Below, one piece after another: positions 11,739 through 23,234 of a DNA stretch of 61,647 bases (position 1 is its first letter; each line of letters starts with the position of its first letter). The stretch covers positions 43,304,068-43,365,714 of the forward strand of contig NC_068993.1 in the NCBI RefSeq assembly GCF_001194135.2, in the 5' to 3' direction. The notes under the pieces are model-generated. The model saw nothing but the letters and a program-made list of their open reading frames with translations. It was not told where the DNA came from and ran no database searches. The stretch is from Octopus bimaculoides. Taxonomy: Eukaryota. Both the position numbers and the translations under genes were made by a program.

Positions 11739-12344
11739 ACAGACACACAGATATTCACTTACATTTTCACACACATACATGTACGCACAAGACTCAAAAA
11801 CAAACACAAGCTCATACACATGCATACACTCACACGCAGGCATACACATACACACATACACTCACATACAGATAAACGCACATATTACATTCACACACAC
11901 GTGCATACGCATACACTCACAAACGTATACATGTGCTCGCACACAAGCATATACACACATACAACATACATACACTCACAAACGTATACATGTGCTCGCA
12001 CACAAGCATATACACACATACAACATACATACACTCACAAACGTATACATGTGCTCGCACACAAGTATATACACACATACAACATACATACATTCACACG
12101 TATACGCATACACATACACATACACAGAACACACACAAACACACGCTCACATACAGGCATAGATATATACATATACTCATACAGATATACACATAGATAC
12201 GCTCACACAGACATACTCATATACACGCACTCATACAAAAGCATTTAACTCACTCACACACATGCATACGCATACCCATGCACATTTACACAGATGCATA
12301 CACACTATACCCATGCAGACATACACTCGCTCATATACTTCCAC

Positions 12345-12376
<32 letters not shown>

Positions 12377-12535
12377 TCACACATATATACGCCCATAAAC
12401 ACATTCATGCACATGCATACAAATACATTCGCATACATGTACAGATACATGCATACACATATACACACACACACACTCACTCTCACAAACACATGCATTC
12501 ATACATGTGTACACTCACCCCCACACACATTCTGT
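11655..12535. repeat. (CA)/(CATA)-rich low-complexity array containing a 3 x 59-bp minisatellite (11911-12092)
   Basis: Unit ATACACTCACAAACGTATACATGTGCTCGCACACAAGCATATACACACATACAACATAC starts at 11911, 11970 and 12029. Confidence 0.9.
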
Positions 12536-13010
12536 CTCGCTAATTAAAAAAAAAAAAAAAAAGAATTAGTTCGTTTCTAAAAGCAAACGAATTGATTGCT
12601 TATCTTTTATCAATGTAAATGCTATTCCTCACTGTTCTTATTTGCTTTTCAGACAGACATAAATTTGATGATTGAAGCTAATAAAATAGACCAACAACAG
12701 CAACTCCCAGACGCAATATCACCTTTACTAACATTGCAACTGTTTGTATCGTCATCAAAAATATGCTTTTTCATATTGGTTTGTTTATTTTTTCTTAAAT
12801 TTCAGTTATTTACAAAGCAACATGTAAGTGAGAGACGCCGAGTGGCGTGGTGAAGCGTCGAGCAGCGTCAAGAGGCGGTGGCGAGAAAGAAGAACGTTAT
12901 ATGTGTTTTCAACAAGCTGTATCTACGATTTGGTTTCTATTCCCAATTGGGAGAATTGCTTCGCTTTACGTATTTGCTAATACTCAAGGGAGAGACACAG
13001 AGAGAGAGAA

Positions 13011-13075
13011 AGAAGAAGAAGAAGAAGAAGAAGAAGAAGAAGAAGAAGAAGAAGAAGAAGAAGAAGAAGAAGAAG
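13011..13075. repeat. (GAA)n trinucleotide microsatellite
   Basis: About 21 uninterrupted GAA units. Confidence 0.95.
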
Positions 13076-13463
13076 GGAATGAACTTCACACTTTCAAATT
13101 CCCAGTCTCTAAAAATATGAAATTTCAAACGTACCAGAGGGCAACAACAACAACAAAAAAAATTAATTTCAACTATAAAATTAAAAATACAATAGTACTA
13201 CTGTTTAATTTTCCTTAAAGACACTGTGATGTCATCATAGCAAGCTGAACGAGAAACCGGATGTTTGAACAAAGAAGAAACAGAATAAATAAATAAATAA
13301 ATAAATGGTTTTTTTGTTCTTTTTCCATATTTAAAGAATTGATTTTTTTCTCCCCTTTTCGTTTTTTCTTCTTAAATTTTTTCCCCCGTTGTTTGTTTTG
13401 AACAATGTTAAACTGCAGGTTTTGAGCAACCACCTGTAAACCATCAACTAGAGTACTGCAAAC

Positions 13464-13507
<44 letters not shown>
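13464..13507. repeat. (AGAT)n tetranucleotide microsatellite
   Basis: About 11 units. Confidence 0.95.
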
Positions 13508-13508
<1 letters not shown>

Positions 13509-14754
13509 GACACATAAGCGCATACGCGCACTCACACACTCTCACACACACATATTCGACGATCACGCCTGCTTTTTCTACTCGATGAAGCTTATCAGTT
13601 AATCGTTCTGTGTGACTCTCAACACAAACACAAATACAAACAACTGTCACAATTTTACCTTCAATCAGATATTAGTTGCACCACTTTAAACACTGCATTA
13701 GTATAATCCAATCATTTTATTTATTTTGCTTTTCTGCTTCTTTTTAATCGTTTTCCGAGCACGTATTTGCCTCAAGCCAGCCGTTCACTTTTTTATCATT
13801 TCAAAAAATCTCTCTGAGATCCAGCACCTCAAATAAAACTCAATTTTCTTTTATTCCTGGGTGACAACATTGGTGCCACCTCGTCTTGAAATCAGGAATT
13901 GTGAAGAGCTAAAATAGAAGCAGCAAATTAAAAAAAAAAAATCTTGAAGTCACACGTTCTTCTTTGTTTTCCTTTTTTTTTTTTTTTTTTTNNNNNNNNN
14001 NTTTTTTTTTTTTTTGTTTTTGAGAAAGAGGGTGGTTATTTTTTTCCTTTTCTTTCCTATTTTATTTATTTTTCAGTCACGACAGAAAGCAACGCTCTTG
14101 ACCATTCACAGTGCTTCCAAAACTACTGGGAAATATATCCTCAAACTGAAGGCTCGACTTTGTAGACTTGCAATAAAGTGGACACTGCTAAAGGTACCCC
14201 CACAAGGTACCAAGTGGTGGTGGTTATAAAATTCGGGTGAGAGATTAATCTACTACCAAAACAGACCACGGTGGGGTTTGAACTCACAACGCAAAGGTCC
14301 GGAACAAAATATTGCAAGTCATCCAGCCCGACATTCTTATAGTCCCACCAATCCATTGCCTCGCATTGGTATAGTTTTAGTTTTTTGTTTTGTTTTTCTT
14401 CTTCGCTATCGACGATAGAAAGGAAGCGTTTACCTCGGCGGAATTTGAACTCAGAGCGACAGATATCAACACAAATACTACAACGTTCTTACAAGTCTGC
14501 CATTTTGTCATCAGTGATCACTTTCATGCATCTACTTGTTCAATGTATTCAACGGACGGACACACACACACACACACACACAATAATCTTTTTGCTTAAA
14601 TGATGCAAAGGATTTCCAAGACCGCACTGTGCAACGCGTTCAGTTTTGATTCTCTGTCTTAAGACAGCAAGAATGTAATTTAAGGGAAAATTTTGGTTGT
14701 CATTTCCAGTAGATCAGGTCTAATGACCACTTAGAAATGCTTTCAGTCGTTCGT

Positions 14755-15145
14755 ACTTTATTTTTTTTCTTTTAATTGTTTCAGACACTGGACTGCAATC
14801 ATGCTTGAAGAGCTTAGTCGTATAGATCGTCCCCAGTACTTACTGTTTTTAAACCTGATTCTTATTCTATCCGCCTATTTTGCCGAACCTCGCCAAGTTA
14901 CGGAGACGTAACAAACCAGCACCGATTGTTGCGGGATGGAGAAGGGTTGGGTGGACACAATGATACACACATAGAGACACACACACGACGTCGTGCTTCT
15001 TTCAGTTTCTGTCTACCAAAGCCACTCACAAAGCTTTGGTCCGCTTGGCTTGGGATTATAGTAGAAGACACTTGCCTAATGTGCCACGCAGTGGACTAAA
15101 TGCGAAACCAAGTGGTTGGGAAACAGATTTCTTATCAAACAGTCA
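14755..15145 (-). mobile_element. SINE family B/C, full length, diverged
   Basis: Tail TTGTTTCAGACACTGGACTGC, core TTATTCTATC..TTTGCCGAAC..AAGTTACGGAGACG, internal CA run, head TTTCAGTTTCTGTCTACCAAAGCCACTCACAAAGC..GAAGACACTTGCC. Confidence 0.8.
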
Positions 15146-15362
15146 ACTTTCCCTTGTTTCAGTCACTGGACAGTGACCAAACTGGAACACAGCCTCGCAG
15201 GGTTTTAGTCAAACAAACGTCACAAGTATTTGCTGTTTTTCAGCGTCGTTGTCTCTTGCCGAACCGGTAAGTTACAGAGGTATAAAAACAAATCAATAAC
15301 AATTGACAATCGGTGTGGGAACAAACGCAAAGACACACACAAACACACACACATACACACAC

Positions 15363-15435
<73 letters not shown>

Positions 15436-16029
15436 CGCGAGTAGATACGCGAAGCAATGATTGAGAGTAAACAACAGGTATGCAGGTTCTTTTGAAAATA
15501 CCTATCGGGTGATAACCGTGCTCTGCATAGTTACGTATTGCCCTTTGGCAAAGCATAACACCCGTTCAGCCACCCCGCCAGGAATACGCCGAAGTCATGG
15601 GACTGCAACATGGCGGATTGTGAAGAGGTAGCGGAAGAGCTCAACTGATCCAACTGTTTCTTACATTGATGCTGATCGGAAGAATCCTAAAAAAAATCAA
15701 CGGTCAGGATCACAAAGCTCTTTCCAGAGAGTAACTGCAACGCATTTATTGGGGCGTCGTCCATGGTTGTGTAATCAGCTAATGAAATATTCAGTGTAAC
15801 TCAAAGCTCCCAGTTCAAATTCATAATAATGGAATTAGATGGCAACAGAGAGTCATGAGAATTTATGAAAGCAGTGCAACCGATCATCAAATAATCTTCA
15901 AATATATTTGGGAGATTGTTGAATCCGTAAAAGCGTTTTTCGCTGTAATTTGTCTTGGAGAAACAATTCTCGCTTCAGATAAAAAAATGTAAAACATCAT
16001 AGTCAGTTTAGAGTTCTCTCTATAAGACT

Positions 16030-16112
16030 GAGGGATACATGTATTTCGAACTCTTAATTCTCTTCAACGTGATGATACCAAACGGAGAATTGAGTTCGAA
16101 ATACATATATTC
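16030..16112. repeat. Short palindromic MITE-like hairpin
   Basis: ATGTATTTCGAACTC(TT)AATTCTC at 16039-16062 pairs with GAGAATTGAGTTCGAAATACAT at 16085-16106 around a 22-nt loop. Confidence 0.7.
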
Positions 16113-16204
16113 ATCTCCTTGCTTATACGACGCCAGGAATTCCCAAGACTATATCATGCAACGCCTTTAATTTATTCTACATTTTTAAGACAACACGAAT
16201 ATGA

Positions 16205-16480
16205 TTTAATGGAAATTTTGGCAGTGGTTTCAAGCTGATCAGGTCAAAGGAGCACCTAGAAACGCCCTCGATGTTTTGTACTTACTCAGATCGTCCGGAA
16301 ACTTTGGCTGTTCTTTCTAGCAGACCAGATCCAAGGACAACTTAGAAAACGCCCATGTTGGTTCGGAGGTTCTCCGGTCGCCAGAAGAATTTAGCTGTCA
16401 TTTCTAGCAGACCAAGTCTAACAACTACTTAAAAGCACCCTCGTTGGTTTGTACTTTCTCTAGCTGGCCATTTAGGTAGT
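16205..16480 (+). repeat. Three diverged tandem copies (about 88 bp) of a dispersed repeat module
   Basis: Units begin GGAAATTTTGGCAG (about 16210), GGAAACTTTGGCTG (about 16297) and AGAATTTAGCTG (about 16387). Related single copies lie near 14685 (+) and 37390-37445 (-). Confidence 0.6.
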
Positions 16481-16836
16481 AAGTACATTAATCTTTCAAT
16501 GACTTTAAATCTTCTAACTGCGCCCTCACGTCCCGAACATCAACGAGATTAAGATTTTAATGGAAGAGATTATAAGTATCTCACTAATGTCTTCTTCTTC
16601 CAAAATGGAACGATTATTAGAATAACAGGAGTGTAGTAATGATAGGACGACAGCCAGTCGTCTTGGTACAACGCATAACTAGTCTTCACACTTTCACTTC
16701 TACTACTTACATCTCTTAATAAAGACAGTTTGCTTTATTTTATTTTACAAGCGTCTTACAAAACGAAAAAAAAAAAAGAAAACAACCTAGTCCCATCCCA
16801 CAATCTCATAATACACTCTGTGTGTGCGTGCATATA

Positions 16837-16875
<39 letters not shown>

Positions 16876-17342
16876 NNNNNNNNNNNNNNNNNNNNNNNNN
16901 NNNNNNNNNNNNNNNNNNNNNNNNNNNNNNNNNNNNNNNNNNNNNNNNNNNNNNNNNNNNNNNNNNNNNNNNNNNNNNNNNNNNNNNNNNNNNNNNNNNN
17001 NNNNNNNNNNNNNNNNNNNNNNNNNNNNNNNNNNNNNNNNNNNNNNNNNNNNNNNNNNNNNNNNNNNNNNNNNNNNNNNNNNNNNNNNNNNNNNNNNNNN
17101 NNNNNNNNNNNNNNNNNNNNNNNNNNNNNNNNNNNNNNNNNNNNNNNNNNNNNNNNNNNNNNNNNNNNNNNNNNNNNNNNNNNNNNNNNNNNNNNNNNNN
17201 NNNNNNNNNNNNNNNNNNNNNNNNNNNNNNNNNNNNNNNNNNNNNNNNNNNNNNNNNNNNNNNNNNNNNNNNNNNNNNNNNNNNNNNNNNNNNNNNNNNN
17301 NNNNNNNNNNTGTGTGTGTGTGTGTGTGTGTGTGTGTATACT

Positions 17343-17402
<60 letters not shown>

Positions 17403-17586
17403 GATACACACATATACACACATATATATACATAAGTACATACATATACACATATATACATTCATACATATACACATATATACATTCATACATATACACA
17501 TACATATATATATATACATATACACATATAAATACACATGCATACACACATACACAAACACATACGCGTATATATATGTGTGTGTG

Positions 17587-18265
17587 TGTGGTCTGATCAA
17601 TAAGTATCCGGATTGTTGCCATAGTAACGAAACTAAAGCACGTAGAAAACAGCCGCTTGGCACAGATTGACCTTGAACTCTGCTGTGCATGCGCACCAGG
17701 TTTTAACGTTCTAGCTTACTTCCACTCTTTACAGCAGTGCTTGGAAGGAATTTGTGCAGCGTGTGATAGTCAAATTGAACATGACAGAGAAAGTTGAGCA
17801 GAGAATCTGCAGCGAAATTTTGCCAAAAGCTTGGTGATACATGATAATAGAAATTTTCATCGTTCTCGACACAATCAAGCAGATTTTGAGTAGCTGAAAC
17901 CCGAGTGTTTTCCTTATCAGCGGAAAGCAGTTTTTCGCAGAAATTTGGCAGACACGCGTCTCATAACACAATCTTTGGTGATGATGGACTTGACTCAACC
18001 GTAACTAATCTGCACATCCTCGATAACTCACAGATGGTGATTCCACGATTTCCACTCACAGCTGCATGCACATCTTCGATGTTTTTCTCAGTTCTACAGG
18101 TTGTGGGTCTCTCAGAACTCTCGTCAATATCGACATTTTTTCGGCCAACTTGGAAACGTCTAAACCACTCGTATACTTTGTGTGCAGCTCATTTAGATAA
18201 AACATTCGTGCGAAGGCACAACACAGTTCAAAGTCAATCTTTTCCAAACAGCTTCACTCTACGTC
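17587..18265. mobile_element. Rearranged mariner (Tc1/mariner) transposon: two converging 5' portions
   Basis: Plus strand: TIR-like GTGGTCTGATCAATAAGTATCCGG, leader, ATG at 17781 reading MTEKVEQRIC..(fs)FCQKLGDT. Minus strand 18190 to 17845 reads KVYEWFRRFQVGRKNVDIDESSERPTTCRTEKNIEDV..NRGITICEL..MRRVSAKF..LLSADK..RVSATQNLLDCVENDENF, a mariner helix-turn-helix region. Confidence 0.85.
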
Positions 18266-18316
18266 CGAATATACATATATATACACACATATATATACAT
18301 ACACATATATATATAT

Positions 18317-18359
<43 letters not shown>

Positions 18360-18401
18360 AATATATAAACATATACATATATATATATACATATATATAT
18401 A

Positions 18402-18600
18402 TGGGAGAATGTACGAAAAAAAACAGCAGACGAGGACAGGTGGTGTAAACAACAAAAGGATGTATTAGTTTGACGCTCGGGAATACAGAAAGTCTTTAAC
18501 GTTTCGAGCTACGCTCTTCAACAGAAAGAATACTGACAAAACAAGAAGAAAAACACGGAGAAAAAAAATTGAATGGTGTTTGGTCAGCGATCTATCATGA
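18402..18600 (-). mobile_element. Penelope-like element terminus carrying a minimal hammerhead-like motif (18493-18529)
   Basis: Closely matches 47127-47345. Contains ACGTTTCGAGCTACGCTCTTCAACAG, whose reverse complement fits a minimal type I hammerhead. Embedded in (TA)n arrays. Confidence 0.6.
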
Positions 18601-18800
18601 TATACATACATATATATATATACATAAATATATACATATATATANNNNNNNNNNNNNNNNNNNNNNNNNNNNNNNNNNNNNNNNNNNNNNNNNNNNNNNN
18701 NNNNNNNNNNNNNNNNNNNNNNNNNNNNNNNNNNNNNNNNNNNNNNNNNNNNNNNNNNNNNNNNNTATATAAACATATACATATATATATATACATATAC

Positions 18801-18832
<32 letters not shown>

Positions 18833-19113
18833 ATATGTCTATCGTGAAGTATATTTGCCATTGAAATATGGCTGACCCTTAAAGGTTGAAGCTACTGTAG
18901 CTTGTAGCCCCAGGAAGACATCACCTCCAGCTGGCTTTCCCTGCCATACCAGTATTCGCAAGGGAAAGTCATCCTTCCCATCTCCAGCCTGACGTGATAC
19001 ACACGGAACCGGGATTCTGGATATTGACCCGTTATCAGAGTGTGACAACCACCGGTTGGCTCCTCTCCACAGATTTATTATATATATATAAATATATATG
19101 TATGTATATGTAC

Positions 19114-19144
<31 letters not shown>

Positions 19145-19461
19145 CGTGTGTGTGTTTATACATTTATTTGTATATATATACATATATATATAATATATAT
19201 ATACATATGTGTTTTATTTAATTTGCTTTGCGAGAGCAACTGTTTTATCGAAAGCGTATATTGTTGTTAAATGCTAGAAATAAGAGACTAGAAAAAGAGC
19301 CAATAACTGATGAAGGGTCGTTCTTTATGCTGTTTGTTTTATTTTCCATTTGTGTCTTTCGTTGTTCGAAAGAATAGTTCATGTTCCATGTACTCGTGCT
19401 TCGTACTTTTTTGCTGTGCACGTTTCGTGACGTCCTGTGCCCACATATGCACATATATATA

Positions 19462-19922
19462 TACTCTTTTACTCTTTTACTTGTTTCAGTCATTTGACTG
19501 CGGCCATGCTGGAGCACCGCCTTTAGTCGAATCAAATCGACCACAGGACTTATTCTTTGTAAGCCTAGTACTTATTCTATCGGGTCACTTTTTGCCAAAC
19601 CGCTAAGTTACGGGGACGTGAACACACCAGCATCGGTTGTCAAGCGATGCTGGGGGAGGGGGACAAACACAGACACACAAACACATACATATATATACAT
19701 ATATCTGATTGACTTCTTCCAGTTTCCGTCTACCAAATCCACTCACAAGGCTTTGGTCGGCCCGAGGCTATAGTAGAAGACACTTGCCCAAGGTACCACG
19801 CTGTGTTACTGAACTCGGAACCATGTGGTTGGTAAGNNNNNNNNNNCCCAAGGTGCCACGCTGTGTTACTGAACTCGGAACCATGTGGTTGGTAAGCAAG
19901 CTACTTACCACACAGCCACTCC
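19462..19922 (-). mobile_element. SINE family B/C, full length, young
   Basis: Tail TTGTTTCAGTCATTTGACTGCGGCCATGCTGGAGCACCGCC, core, internal CA/TA run and tRNA-like head. A 50-bp overlap is duplicated across the 10-N gap. Confidence 0.9.
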
Positions 19923-20157
19923 TATATATAGATGCATGTACATATACGTATGTATATATGCATATATATATATACATGCATATATATACATATATATATA
20001 CATACATACATATATATACACACACACACTCACATATGTATATACATACACACATAGACATACATACACACACAGATATACATACACATACATAAATATA
20101 TATACATACTTACACACATATACATATATTTTTATACATACATGTAGATATATATAG

Positions 20158-20203
<46 letters not shown>

Positions 20204-20331
20204 AGGGGGTACAGGACGTCATGAAACGTGTACAAAACAAAAGTATACATATGAATTATATATGCACATATATACATACATACGTACATTTATATATACA
20301 CATACACATTATATATATTTATATACACGTG

Positions 20332-20364
<33 letters not shown>

Positions 20365-20404
20365 GTATATATAAATGCACACATATATGTATGTCCGTGA
20401 GTAT

Positions 20405-20590
20405 ATTTGCACTTGTGTCTGTCAATGGACTGCTGTCATGTTGTGGTCCCGCCTTGGACCGAACTGGCATCAGTATAACCTATACTTTTAGCCGATATTT
20501 ATTCCTTCGGTCTCTGTTCTGCCGAACTTTGTAAAGGAACGTAAACGAACCAACGTTGTTTGTCTATGGGTTAGGGGTAAATACAAAGAA
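20405..20590 (-). mobile_element. SINE family B/C 3' half, old
   Basis: GGACTGCTGTCATGTTG..CCGCC and TTATTCCTTCGGTCTC..TGCCGAAC align to the family tail and core. Confidence 0.6.
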
Positions 20591-21506
20591 ACACACACAC
20601 ACACACACACACACTGGATGGTGTGTGAGAGAAAACGACTTAGATTTCTCTTAGGCATAACGATTCATATAAATAGTGCTAGAACTCGATATACATATGC
20701 TCTCTCTGTCTGTCTGTCTCCCTCCTTCTGTATATANNNNNNNNNNNNNNNNNNNNNNNNNNNNNNNNNNNNNNNNNNNNNNNNNNNNNNNNNNNNNNNN
20801 NNNNNNNNNNNNNNNNNNNNNNNNNNNNNNNNNNNNNNNNNNNNNNNNNNNNNNNNNNNNNNNNNNNNNNNNNNNNNNNNNNNNNNNNNNNNNNNNNNNN
20901 NNNNNNNNNNNNNNNNNNNNNNNNNNNNNNNNNNNNNNNNNNNNNNNNNNNNNNNNNNNNNNNNNNNNNNNNNNNNNNNNNNNNNNNNNNNNNNNNNNNN
21001 NNNNNNNNNNNNNNNNNNNNNNNNNNNNNNNNNNNNNNNNNNNNNNNNNNNNNNNNNNNNNNNNNNNNNNNNNNNNNNNNNNNNNNNNNNNNNNNNNNNN
21101 NNNNNNNNNNNNNNNNNNNNNNNNNNNNNNNNNNNNNNNNNNNNNNNNNNNNNNNNNNNNNNNNNNNNNNNNNNNNNNNNNNNNNNNNNNNNNNNNNNNN
21201 NNNNNNNNNNNNNNNNNNNNNNNNNNNNNNNNNNNNNNNNNNNNNNNNNNNNNNNNNNNNNNNNNNNNNNNNNNNNNNNNNNNNNNNNNNNNNNNNNNNN
21301 NNNNNNNNNNNNNNNNNNNNNNNNNNNNNNNNNNNNNNNNNNNNNNNNNNNNNNNNNNNNNNNNNNNNNNNNNNNNNNNNNNNNNNNNNNNNNNNNNNNN
21401 NNNNNNNNNNNNNNNNNNNNNNNNNNNNNNNTGTGTGTGTGTGTGTAAACATACACACGTATATATTAGTATTACTTATAAGAAAGTAAAATATTCTACC
21501 CAGATG

Positions 21507-21538
<32 letters not shown>

Positions 21539-21930
21539 CCAAAAGACATTTGATAAAAATGACTTAAGCTAGATGTGTGTTATGAAAGAGGAATGATTAA
21601 AACAGATTTCTTTGACAACTTCCAAAACAGATGGCTTGGAACTGTCCTCCAAACACACACACACAACACTGGGTGTTACATACACACAATACTAGCCCAC
21701 ATTCACACACGCTACACCGGCTTAGAGTCAGGCACACAACAGTAGCTTGCCTATACTCACATACAGCTCTGTTCGACATTCACACTGTCACTAAACAAAC
21801 GGGAAAGTATTTTTTCCCTTGACAATAATTTAGAATTTTTGGGTGAATCCTTCACTTATATATTCTTATATTTATATATGCACATCTATCTATCTATATA
21901 TATATATAGTTAAAACTTACTGTATGAAGG

Positions 21931-21979
<49 letters not shown>

Positions 21980-22038
21980 TATATACATACACACAACCGT
22001 ATATACAGACACACACACATACACACACGCAAACACAC

Positions 22039-22073
<35 letters not shown>

Positions 22074-22262
22074 TACATTTAATTGCCAACCAAATGTGGC
22101 GTCCTATACAGACACACACACGCACACACACACATATACACACACACGTATATACATTTAATTGCCAACCAAATGTGGCGTCCTATATACACACATATAT
22201 ATATATATATATATATACACATACATAAATAATACATACTGATATGTGTAGTACCACACTGT

Positions 22263-22632
22263 GGAGGCGCAATGGCCCAGTTGTTAGCGCAGCGGAATCG
22301 CGGCCGCAGGATCGCTGTTTCGATTCCCAGACCGGGCGCTGTGAAAGTTTATTGAGCTGAAAACACTTAAATCTCCACGAGTCTCCGTCAGAGGCTGGTG
22401 GCGAACCCTGCTTTACTCTTTCACCACAACTTTCTCTCACTGTTTCTGTTGTACCTGTATTTCAAAGGGCCAGCCTTGTCACACTCTGTGTCACGCTGAA
22501 TCTCCCCGAGAACTACGTTACGGGTACACGTGTCTGTGGAGTGCTCAGCCACTTGCACGTTAATTTCACGAGCAGGCTGTTCCGTTGATCGGATCAACTG
22601 GAACCCTCGACGTCGTAAGCGACGGAGTACCA
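22263..22632 (+). mobile_element. tRNA-derived SINE family D, full length
   Basis: GGAGGCGCAATGGCCCAGTTGTTAG box A and GTTTCGATTCCC box B, long body ending GTCGTAAGCGACGGAGTACC. Possible 9-bp TSD AGTACCACA at 22250-22258 and 22638-22646. Confidence 0.85.
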
Positions 22633-23173
22633 CCTTGAGTACCACAACGCTCATATACAAACACACACACACTGTCACTGAACAAACGGAAAAGTATTTT
22701 TTCCCTTGACAATAATTTTAAATTTTGGGTGAATCCTTCACTTATATATTCTTACATTNNNNNNNNNNNNNNNNNNNNNNNNNNNNNNNNNNNNNNNNNN
22801 NNNNNNNNNNNNNNNNNNNNNNNNNNNNNNNNNNNNNNNNNNNNNNNNNNNNNNNNNNNNNNNNNNNNNNNNNNNNNNNNNNNNNNNNNNNNNNNNNNNN
22901 NNNNNNNNNNNNNNNNNNNNNNNNNNNNNNNNNNNNNNNNNNNNNNNNNNNNNNNNNNNNNNNNNNNNNNNNNNNNNNNNNNNNNNNNNNNNNNNNNNNN
23001 NNNNNNNNNNNNNNNNNNNNNNNNNNNNNNNNNNNNNNNNNNNNNNNNNNNNNNNNNNNNNNNNNNNNNNNNNNNNNNNNNNNNNNNNNNNNNNNNNNNN
23101 NNNNNNNNNNNNNNNNNNNNNNNNNNNNNNNNNNNNNNNNNNNNAGTTCTGAGAGTCAAAGCGAAAGATTGCC

Positions 23174-23234
<61 letters not shown>

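Noticed and set aside
12847-13218. 123-aa ORF with poly-Glu
   Set aside because: The poly-E comes from the (GAA)n microsatellite. There is no domain or splice support.
15480-15780. Possible LINE RT relic on the minus strand (VELFRYL)
   Set aside because: The similarity is too short and frame-broken to support a call.
19290-19450. CTGATGAAG-containing repeat, with a related minus-strand copy at about 33100-33225, as a hammerhead
   Set aside because: There is no stem II or GAAA at a suitable distance. It is a dispersed repeat, not a supportable ribozyme.
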